Assembly (NCBI GenBank): GCA_030141605.1
Contig: JAQGDQ010000129.1
Span: forward strand, 501,549 to 565,548
Source: Tubiluchus corallicola
Lineage: Eukaryota; Animalia; Priapulida
Reading direction: 5' to 3'
DNA: 64,000 nt
The position numbers and the translations under genes are program-made. Position 1 is the stretch's first letter. The number at the start of each line of letters is the position of its first letter. Shown piece after piece: positions 53,527 to 64,000 of this stretch. A model generated the notes under the pieces. The model saw only the letters and a program-made list of their open reading frames with translations. It did not search any database and was not told the DNA's origin.

Positions 53527-56500
53527 CGATGACGATGATTAAAAGCACGATAACGACACTGGTGATGGTGATTGGTGATGGTGTTGTAGCAAGAAATGTA
53601 CTTCTGCGAGTGTTTTTTCTTACACGTTTTTTGGTACGTTTTCAAGTATTTCTCGATTACTGTGGTACTTCTTAATAATTTCTTATTCAATTCTTATTTC
53701 TTTTTATTTTGTTTACAGCCATCGTATTGACTGTGACTGGAGAGGCCAGTGTGAAGTGGAGACATGATGATGGTAATAATATAAGAGACGAAGAGTCTTA
53801 TATTGAAGAGAGAATGGTACTGTTTGGCACAGGTACTCTATGCAACGTTATACAAATTTACAATATCCCATATTTTAGTAAAGGTGGCAAACAAAATTAT
53901 TTAATTAATAGAGTTTCGCTGAAGTTTGGTATGCAGATTAGACTAATTGTGTACTATAATTATGTACTTTAAACAAAAATCTATCATAAACTTTGGTGAT
54001 TTAGTAAAGTTTAAGAATACAAAATAATAATGATTGTGCTATTAATTATTGAATGGCACTTAGACATTCACATGAAAAGTAACCTTCATTGTGGAGTAAT
54101 ATAATGAAGCATTTTGAAACGGTGTTTGTAGATTCTGATAAAATCGACAAAACAACTGACGATCAATTGCCCTCCTCTGCTCTTCCTCCTGGACGTCATT
54201 CTCTGGAATTTTCGCTAGCACTCCCGTCAACTCTGCCACCAAGCTTCTCAGGTGGATTCGGCTGCATTAGATACAAATCAATGGCCAGATTAGAGAGACC
54301 TACAGGAGAATCGTTTCAAACAGAAGCACCAATAGTCATAAACTCCATGGACAATTTGGATTTAAACACTGTTCCACTAAACATGGTAATAGTGGTCATC
54401 GTAATGAATGAGAATAAAGCAGTTGCAATGTTTTAATAAAAAACAAAGAGAATTTGTCATTATAGTAAAAAATTAAACGAAGCGAAGATGAGGTCTGATG
54501 AGGAACAGTCGAAAAAGTGCAGAGCTTTAAAGCTGTGCCCATTCATTTGTAGAAAGTAGATTAAATTTTATTACTTTTAGTACAATATTACAATATTTGT
54601 AGCATATATTATGTTTTTAAATAGTTTACCACTTTGCAAGTCAAAATACAGCGCTTAACGTGAAGTCACTAAATGGAGGTCATTGTGGCAGGGCTAGAAT
54701 CTAACCTATAATCAAAGAAAATCCTCTAAGATTTAAAAAGAGGCACTGAAGCCCTGAACCAGTAGAGTTGTCTTATGTTTGTATACATATCTTCCCAAAA
54801 TAACGTAAATAGCCGAGGGTGTCAGTTTCGCGGATGAAACCACACAGAAGTGACTTTTCGAGTGTTCACCATCCATCTACTAATCAGGTTTGGCAATGTT
54901 TAACTCCAATTTGCTGCCAACAAGCCGTGACTACTCAGCCATTCTTTCGCTCCCTATTTGAGTCACCTCCAGTATTCATTCACTTTGATGTGACATTTGT
55001 ACGAAGCGTGTGGGGCCGTGTGGGCAATAATGAAGAAGTATTATAAACTAATTAACTCTTTAAGCTTTATATTATATATACGCTTTTAAATTGTCATTTT
55101 GATTACAGTATGGCCTAAGGCCTATTGCTGAACTGCGTACTGTACGCCTGTTTTGACTTGCGGATAGTTTGCCTTATTTTTTAAAAATACAACAAACTCC
55201 TGAACTCACACACATTCTTTACAGCAACTTTTACTTAACTATTTCAACATTTATTTAGAAAGGTAGCGAAGTTACAGCAGAGAAACTATTTCGAACTTAC
55301 TGCTGTCGACCTGCTGATGGTATCCTCCTAACAGCAAGAGTCTCCAGTCCGGGATGTGTCCTCGGTCAAGACATTCCTGTCTCGGTTGTCATCGATAACA
55401 ACACATCAAAAACAGTTAATTCTTCCATTTTCTTGAATAAGGCAGGTAACATAAATACATAATACGTGTTTAACGTGTAGTATTATCAAACAGCTTTGAC
55501 TAAGCGCAGTTTTAGCTATAAATGCTCTCACTGATGATTTTGAAGGCTAATGTTTACTAAAAAGCAAATATAGCTTGTTCATGTTGTTCTTCTTCATTTT
55601 TGCTATTTATAATTAAATTGTGTTTTACCTGGTTGCACCTTACATTAAAAAACTCGAATGAAATTGATAATCGAAACTACATACAATTCACATTATTTTT
55701 TTCTAAAAATCGAGAATGCTTGTATGTTTTCAACAAGTTTTGCAAAAATGCCTGTAAGGTGAAGTGGGGGGGGGGGTGAAGTTGAAAAGAAACGAGCGTG
55801 AGCAGTAAAAGCCTCAAAGCTTTCTTACATTAAAATATAAGAATAAGTTGACACTGGAACTATATTATTGAAAATTGTTTCTGTACATTTTTCTCATTTT
55901 CAAATATATGTAGTGAAACGGAAAATCTGAGAAATAGCTAAAATTTTCTACACAAATTATAACCTTAACGTCAGAGTTTCCCAAGTTACTAAAAAAACGG
56001 CAAACCATATTTGGCCTATTTGTTTGCTTAAAATCCACAGATGCTTGGAATTAAGTAGATTTAAAATGGCATTGCTAATAAAGTGACATACTTTAACTGC
56101 TTCACGAACAAAAAACCCAAACATCTTTATCGCGGAATGACATATTGAAAAAATTATGGTAACGTCATGTGAGGCTTGCCGCTTCATCGTGTGAAAATAA
56201 ACTGTCAGAAACGAAAAAGATGAAAGTTTTGGCAGTAGCTGCGCAGAAATGTTAGCAACGCCATCAATATTTTGTAAGTAAGCATTGAAATTACATATTA
56301 TGTGGGTCCAAATTCCTAGTTACGTTCTCCCAAATTCCTATGCTATTAGTGGGCATGTAAAAATTTTGAACGTTCATATTATTTTGCAGAGCAATAACAG
56401 GCTTCAATAATGTAGTCTCGTGCACCATACGTGACTTTATACCAAATAATGACCAATTAATGTGTACAACATTTTACAGTCATTTTTGTGGCACACTATA

Positions 56501-59152
56501 TTATTAATAAGCTCAACAGGCCCATATGACAGCAAATTATGGGAAATTGCTTTTGCGCTTGTATTCAAACTGAGATGTTTTTTAACATGGAAGAAATTGC
56601 CACACATTCTCACGTTCTTACGAACCTTCAATCATACATAATAAATGCATAAAATTTATAGGTAGGCCTACACCAAAACTGCGCAGCTTTAAATTTTGTT
56701 GTCGGTGTGCAGCTGATTTGACGTGCTAAGTCAATAATTGTGTTAAGAGTATTTTCCTATGTATAATAAGTTTACTCCTACCTTTAAAGCAGTATGTTTT
56801 CTTTAATGCTAGTTTTTTTTATTTCAGTTGCACATTTGCGTCATTTCATCACCAGTGACAAATCACTTACCTAGTGATTCTGCTTTAGCATCACATTTGC
56901 AATATCACCCAATTGTTAAACTGTTACTCGTTGCATGTAAATAATAAATTATAAATAGCTCACGGTAAGACCATCCTGAATACAGCTTTTGCAGTTACGA
57001 CTGAAGTTATACCTGCCAATATTCATCATCATTATTTCCCTTTAATAAAACTCGTAAGAGACATTCATTGCTTATCGGTGATTTTTTGCCATTTTTTCGA
57101 TCTTTTTAAAACATGGCACAAGAATACTGAAACAATGACCCCGTCATGCACTCTCTTAATAAAGAAAATTTAAAAGTCACCTAAAACTCGTGATTATCTA
57201 TCACGGTAATCGACAGAAAATTGAAGCATTTCCAGTAAAAAGTTTTCAAATGTATTACTGCCAACAAAATTACAAAAACATCATTCCGATTTTTGTGTTT
57301 TATTATGTATAGAGGGAGATCTATACATGTTCGGAGAACAAAAGTAAAGAAGTGACTACTACGGTGTTGACTGTTTTTCGACCAGGCATCATACAGCCGC
57401 GAACAGAAAAAGCTGATAACATTCTAGTGCCAACATCAACTAATCTTAAACCAAGTAACTGGTTGGATGCATGCAAGCTCATCGATTTTACGTACCTCAT
57501 ACGGGTAAGGACCCCTTCTGCTTTACAAGGTGCGCAGTGTGTTATTGCATTTTTCAGTGCTCTACATCTGACTTCATTATTCTTTATATTAGAATAGGTC
57601 TAACTCATCGAGCTTTATTGTCACTTTCTGTCACATGATTTCTGGTTAATTTATTATCACGTTCCTGTATATTAAATACAGGTTTTGTTATCGTGTCTCA
57701 ATATATTATAAATGGCATCGTTTTCATTTTTCTGTGACTTTTTTTATTGTTTTCTGTATGACATAAATTGTTCATTATTAACTTGTTAGCTAACCTATTG
57801 AATTAATTATCACTCTCCTAATATGCCAGATCTAGTTTCACCCATTTACAGAGTTAAAATGTTTAGTTTTGTTACTTTTCTGCATAATGAGTTTGGCTTA
57901 GTCGTCTGTTAACAACTCTGGCTTCTTTGTCGCTTTCCTTTTAAAATAACAAATTTGGCTTCCTTCTCATTTACAGGTATTTACGTATGGTTTTAGTGTC
58001 AGTTGTCACTTTCTACAATAATACGTCACTTTTCAATAATACATCTGGCTGTGTTGCACTTTTATTTTACCTTCATTTTCACTTTACGTTCCATATGTCT
58101 AGTACCATAGTCGCCCATACGTAATGATTGGCTTATTGACCGCTTTCGTGCACAAATTGCGACTATTATCATCTTTTATATAATATCCAAATGTTTGTTA
58201 CTATGTGTATCAAATGTTTGGCTTAAGTGTCAGTATATTATATGCGGAGGCAGCCCTACAGGAGCTGTTTATATGACATTGAATCTTACATTACAGCTAA
58301 TGTAAGTACAGAGCACGTCGTTCACTATTTTAGCCACTTTCCTCTTACAAAAAATTATCCTCAAAAACTTTCTAAAAACTTTCCAGGTCCGTTTTTCTAT
58401 TAATCCACAAGACTAGTCTTGCTTTGTACTTAGTGTAATTTTAGGCCTTTGGTTTTCCTAGACATCCACTTTTAATTCATGTTAATACGGAAACACAGAA
58501 GGATACAGACACCTGGGATAGGGGTTTAGACAATGATTTAGTGAACGACGACTTGTGTTAAGTGGCCGAGGACACAGGACACCAGTCATTTGGAATAGCT
58601 AACCGACCGCTAGGCTATCAACTACTAATGCTATCCACAGGCGAATTATCAATTTTGCGTGCACTTTCCACGTAGTGCTACTTGCCTATAGAAATAACAC
58701 GCTTCCTTTATTATCGCTTTCCTTATGAAATTTCTGGTCTCATTGTTCACTCGACTGTAACTCGTGTTTTAATTTGTCTATTATATCATTTTTAGGTAAA
58801 TGTGGGAATAGACGGCACGCTCAAGTCATTTTCTGTTGAGGTTCCCGTTGTTTTGGGTACAGTTGCTCATAGCAAAAGTGAAATCTTGTCTACAGAACTC
58901 GTGCATGTCAGTGAATATCTGAAGAAGCAGCAGTGTGAGCTGCCCTTGCCATCTTCTCCAATATACTACAAAGACTGCATAGGTGTCTACAAAGAACACC
59001 CACGCTTCAAATTTCCCATTCCAGCGAGCCATTCCGTTCCCGGAAGTAAACCCGGAACAACCACAGCTGTGCCAGATCAGCATCCACTGACAACCAAGTC
59101 TTCAAAAAATGTCAGGGTATTCCATACGACTTGTGACTGCAAGCGAAAATGA
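51313..59152 (+). CDS. alpha-arrestin (arrestin domain-containing protein), 6 coding exons, about 408 aa
   Basis: Exons 51313-51439 (FYPGQTLNGEV), 53719-53832 (GEASVKW...ESY), 54132-54385 (LPPGRHSLEFSLALPSTLPPSFSGGFGCIRY), 55259-55441 (GCVLGQDIPVSVVIDNNTSKTV; GC donor), 57313-57504 (CKLIDFTYLIR), 58796-59152 (VEVPVVLGTV...TGA). Arrestin_N and Arrestin_C motifs appear in order; total 1227 nt. Confidence 0.88.
52765..53540. repeat. compound (GGT)n/(GAT)n/(TA)n microsatellite block in arrestin intron 1
   Basis: Direct reading; source of the poly-His/Met/Ile ORFs. Confidence 0.9.
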
Positions 59153-61451
59153 ACCTTCTTACAATGACATAACGCTTACTGGTGCATTAGTTCTATAATC
59201 TGCGGACATTGGATAAGCCATCTTATAATTCTGTACAGCTGTATGATCATTAATTGTAGGCGTAGTATTTAAACGACACTAGAGAGCTCTCCAACAGTTT
59301 TCTCATTTTACTGCTTTTCCCATTTTACTAATTTGTAACTGCTACCGTGAAAAAAGTAGCGATACAGTTTTTAATATATCTTGACTATAGGCATAGCTAT
59401 TTTACACTTTTTCTGTTTTTCTAACTACTTGCCGTCCATGCTGCTTTTTTGTTGTTGTCGTTTCAAAGGCAAAGTTCCATCCTACGCGAAATCCAGAGAT
59501 AATTCTGTTTATATTACTTTGTATTCTGCAATATTGATAAAAGTATAAAAAAATTTCATTTTGTACATATACTTTGCAATTTATATGTTGAGGCATAACG
59601 TAGCTACAAATTACGATCAGTGTTCACAATTCCAATCGATTTTATGGACGTGAATATTTTTTGTATGTGCAGTAGTTGAAACTGTTATAATGATCTTGGC
59701 AAACAAGTCCCAATGTAAGTCTTTACCGATGATATATGGCTCATTTTACTTCAATTTGGAAAAGGAAAAAAATGCGAGAAATCTGTGCAAATCATCGGTC
59801 ACTGCTAAATAAATAAATGTCTAATGTTATCTGTAAACCAAATTGTCAGCTATTAATGGGAAAAATATTATTAAATGATTATTAATTGTTTGAACAACTG
59901 TTTAGCTGCATGCTTAAACATTAGCTATATTCTGATTAAATTATTAATTATTAAAATAATAAAAATTATAGAGGTGGTAAGTCATTAAATATTATCGATT
60001 TAATCTTTCTTTCTTTCACACGTTTTCACGATTTTATTCTGAATAATAATCTGTAAAAGCCAGCATTTTTATTTTAAATCTCATGCTGTGTAAGTTTTAT
60101 CATGTTAAAGGTGGAAAATAGAACTATGTTTATATTTATATTTATATATGCCAAAAATTAAATATACAAATAAGGTACACACATAAATATAGCAAGCCAA
60201 GCAGAAAATTGTGAAATTTTACAAATTAGTTCGGATGCCATGCAGCTTAGACAAAGAAGATAAGGTTGTAGAGGCCAGATTATAATCTATATTCTACGTA
60301 ATCTATAACAGAAATTCTGCTTATTTCAATATATAAAGTCACTGTATAAAGTCACGAAGACAATGCCGACCCTTAATTATCATTATACCAAATCTAATCT
60401 TATTGTCATTGTAATGAATAAGACACTGCTACATTTAATTTTGGATTCTCTCATTTATGCATTCATTTATTCAGTCATTCGTCCGTTCATTCATTTATTT
60501 TAGTCACACACGTTCATTTATTCAAACATTCATTTACTCATACATTTTTCATATTATTTTTCTTAATTATTTCGGAAACATAGGTACTGAATTTTATTAA
60601 CCATATCAACAAGACACAAAATCTTGCATAACCACTGAAATGTTCCCGAAGGTCAGCTTGTATCCTTCTGGTGATTCATTCATTCCTTCATTCACTCACT
60701 CTGTCCGTCACACTTTTTTGAACTCCAAACTGCTTATTCAACTCAGTTGAAATTTGGCAGGATAATTAATTTGCATGTTCTTGGTTCAGAACAAAAAATT
60801 TGTCGCAAATCCCTTCGTTAATTAATTATAACACGTCTAACTCGCTACCTCAAAAATAAACCCTGAGAGAGCCTGCAATGTCGACGCTCGTTAAACTTCG
60901 ATTTCACAAATACGGTACATTCTAATAATATTTTTATAGCTATGCGGGCATGTGTGCTTACGCGCAATGCCGCAGATGAATCCTAATTCTAACCGTGTGG
61001 CAGTAGTGTAATAGAGCCTTTCAGCTAAGAAATTATAGTTTTTATTTTAACACAAAACGATTTATCTGACTGTCAGATAACAGTCAGAGTTTTAATCATT
61101 AATAGTCGCGCGCTAATAATTGGCGACATCGTTGATCCACAATAGCTAATTAATAAGCTGAAATAATCAAACAATAACAAAAATAAGTTGAAAAGTAGAA
61201 TTACTTTGCGTATAAACATTTATATATAGAGAGTTAATTAATGCTCATGAATTATTATTAATTTTGTTGCAGACAGATTTTTTACAGTGTGCAGCTAGCA
61301 ACAAGAACAAAAAGGCAAAATGGAAGCATAGTGATACCGAGAATAAGCAAAAAAGCAGAGGAGGCATCTTTATGGAGCTAGAATATGGTTACGATATAAT
61401 TCTGTAGATCACGACATGCAAGAATGGCGAAGCATGTGAGGCACTTGTGTA

Positions 61452-62030
61452 AAAACAAGTTCGACTCGAACTATGGTCGAGGGATTCGCTGAACTCAAGA
61501 TCATTAGAAATGAGGTCAACTGACGAATCGGATTTTCGATCTGACATTTTGAATTCTGACAATTCAAAATGACAGATCGAAAATCCGATTCATCAGTTGA
61601 TGCGAAATTCATGTTCTAATATTCCATAATGACGATCCATTACGAATTGAGAGAGCCTTGGGCTTTTTCGAAAACAATAATTACCCCTGCCATCTTGATT
61701 TCAAAGTGGCTAATCGAAAATCTAACTCCTTTGGTTGATGCGGAATTCGTTCAAGTATGATCCAGTTTCATGACATTCCATTGTGAACTAGTGGAGCCTT
61801 AGCCCTTTTTCTAAAACAATATTTTGACGCCATCTTGAATTTAAAGTGGCCTATCAGAAATGCAGCCCCACAGTCGATGCGAAGTTCATTTTAGTAAACT
61901 TGCGCGAAATTTCATTAATTCGTTGCGAGTTCACGGAGCCTTGAGCTTTATTCAAACGGTTATCCCCCAACAACAAGAACAACAACAACGTCCAGAAGAG
62001 TAACCATTTGGGTCGAGTCACATCCGTGTA
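61452..62030. mobile_element. Helentron/HINE-like element with three ~140-bp internal tandem repeats
   Basis: Repeating motifs t.gatgcg (61597, 61735, 61874), gagcctt (61653, 61794, 61936) and gccatcttga (61689, 61829); terminal hairpin CTCGA..TCGAG; (CAA)n near the other end; inverted gactcga/tcgagtc. Confidence 0.55.
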
Positions 62031-62935
62031 AACTCACTCAATGAAAAATATCTGTCATGAAACAATCCTTTTTGGTTTCACTAGACAAAGTTGAAATTAT
62101 TTTTTACTCGTATTTTTACTCTCGTATTTTTTTCTTGTGTATAACAGCGATGTTGTGAAACCTAAAAACTAGTCAGTCAATTGGACAGCTAAATTATTGC
62201 TCATTATGACACCAGTGTTGACAAGTACTTGTATTAGCAACCCAAAAAAAACAGAATTTAGGGATGGCTGCTAGGTGACCTTTATGGCGTTTCGCCATCC
62301 CGTCTCAATGCAATTATAATGAACTGCGTGTAATTAAATAGTAGCATACGGAATGAGACGAATAAACTAATCAATATCAGTCAATTAGTGACAGGAATAG
62401 TTTAAGGGCGCATATAATAGGTAAGCCTGCCCAAAAGTAGTTTTTCCTGGTACCAACCCACCCACTGATTAATCACACATAGCTTTGCTCAATTTCCTCG
62501 ATTGTTTTCTTCTTCGCAAGTGCGAATAATGCAAGTGGTAGGTACTTATGATATCTGTAGTACTAGTACTAACTATCTGTATTACTAACTACTTAGCGTA
62601 GTTATGATATCTGTTGCACTTTAATGTTTGCATGCGAGTTTGGCTCAAGATCGATTTGTTTTTAAAATTAATGCTATATCGGTAAGCATATCTCGTTCTA
62701 CGATAAAAAGTTTCCAGCTAATACGTCTATAAGGTTTTCAGAATATAGAATGATTTATTTTCCTCAACTATATAATAAATTATAACAATTAACATGCCAT
62801 TGTAGCAGCCTTTAAAAAAGAGAAACTTTTTGAACTATAATAGATTTTTCTAGATGGGACAATCCCAGGTTATTCGCAAATTGTTTGGGAGTAATAATTT
62901 ATAGTTTAAAAACGTGAACCATATAAATTATTGAC

Positions 62936-62936
<1 letters not shown>

Positions 62937-63024
<88 letters not shown>
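62937..63024. repeat. (TA)n microsatellite
   Basis: Direct reading. Confidence 0.9.
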
Positions 63025-63027
<3 letters not shown>

Positions 63028-63338
63028 TTTATTGCCGATCGGTTTCGAACAATAAATGTATGGAGTTTGGAGTTTGTGGAGTGTAGCATAGTTTCATACC
63101 AATCAAGATATGTAATCTGCAAGGTAAATTGCTAAATTACCCATAGAATGGCTTATCATATATCTTTTGGCTATCTAACTACTGAATTGCATTTCGATGT
63201 TGTTTCTAAATTGTGGTAAATTTCTTTGTTTTAGATGCCATGACAATGAACAATTTGTTCGAAACCGGTCGGCAATAAATTCAATTTTGGTGTAGTTACA
63301 TCTATTTGCCAAATATGGATAATTCAATTATATATATA
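63025..63338 (+). mobile_element. Penelope-like element relic with inverted partial terminal repeat and degenerate minimal hammerhead motif
   Basis: 28-bp inverted repeat 63025-63052 / 63255-63282 (27/28), GAAACCGGTC...AATAAA signature, flanked by (TA)n. Confidence 0.6.
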
Positions 63339-64000
63339 TGGATGAAACTAACCAAATTGAAGTATGCCAGCGAAAACAACGAATAACGTCAAACTTTCAC
63401 TCATATTAGCACAAACTTTAAGTTAGCGAGTTTATTTAACCATATTCAAATTTGACTAGTTAAAGCACAACACTCAAGTGCATAAAGTATCCGACGCATT
63501 CCGTTTCTACACATTTAATACAGTAACCAGAAATACAGGACGGCAAACACAATGCAACTGCACAACATAAAACTTTCAGTAAGGTTGGTAGGAATAATGC
63601 CGAGAGAAAAATGATAACCCAAGCAATAACAACAGTTGGTCACTTTCTCATCATAAATCAATAAAAAGACAATGCATCTTTATCTATTTATCCATTGCTG
63701 ACAGGTCAATAAGAACTATTACGTCATCAGTCAGCAATAATCATTTGTAAACACTACATGCAATCAATCTACCAAAATTAATAATAATTCATGAGCATTA
63801 ATTAACTCTCTATATATAAATGTTTATACGCAAAGTAATTCTACTTTTCAACTTATTTTTGTTATTGTTTGATTATTTCAGCTTATTAATTAGCTATTGT
63901 GGATCAACGATGTCGCCAATTATTAGCGCGCGACTATTAATGATTAAAACTCTGACTGTTATCTGACAGTCAGATAAATCGTTTTGTGTTAAAATAAAAA

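Larger units (their letters stand above)
61039..64000. mobile_element. young long-TIR (foldback-like) non-autonomous element, truncated by the window end
   Basis: 61039-61266 is the apparently exact reverse complement of 63773-64000 (228 bp); no transposase ORF between the arms. Confidence 0.85.

Noticed and set aside
52729-53690. Poly-His, poly-Met and poly-Ile ORFs
   Set aside because: Translations of intronic trinucleotide microsatellites.
54064-54131. Longer 5' start for arrestin exon 3, as suggested by ORF 54089
   Set aside because: Upstream AGs are out of phase or lead to stops; tttgtag at 54131 fits.
54494-54535. CTGATGA-GGAACAGTC-GAAA hammerhead-like core
   Set aside because: Stem II has only 2 bp and stem I does not form; probably chance.
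1-64000. Prokaryotic systems (CRISPR arrays, operons, defence islands), rRNA or tRNA genes
   Set aside because: The sequence is intron-containing eukaryotic DNA; no repeat-spacer array or structural RNA gene was seen.

Overview
AT-rich eukaryotic (most likely invertebrate animal) genomic DNA with spliceosomal introns; most entries in the ORF track are spurious. I rebuilt three multi-exon genes by hand from splice signals and reading phase: a stomatin/band-7 (SPFH) gene on the minus strand (17676->6898, about 304 aa), COQ7 on the plus strand (40108-47475, 206 aa) and an alpha-arrestin (ARRDC-like) gene on the plus strand (51313-59152, about 408 aa). The rest is mostly transposon debris: hAT-like, pogo/Tigger-like and Ginger-like MITEs, an AcademX-like relic carrying a solo LTR, two LINE relics, Penelope-like relics and a young long-inverted-repeat element cut by the window end. 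The top finding is in stomatin. Its 83-nt exon 4 is tandemly duplicated (4a/4b) across a 51-nt intron, in a layout that forces mutually exclusive splicing. The two copies differ at the conserved Pro-Cys segment but are nearly identical in their 3' halves. A probable third, decayed copy (or 14-nt microexon) lies upstream, along with short complementary intronic motifs. All gene models and family assignments come from manual reading and recalled consensus motifs, not from database searches.
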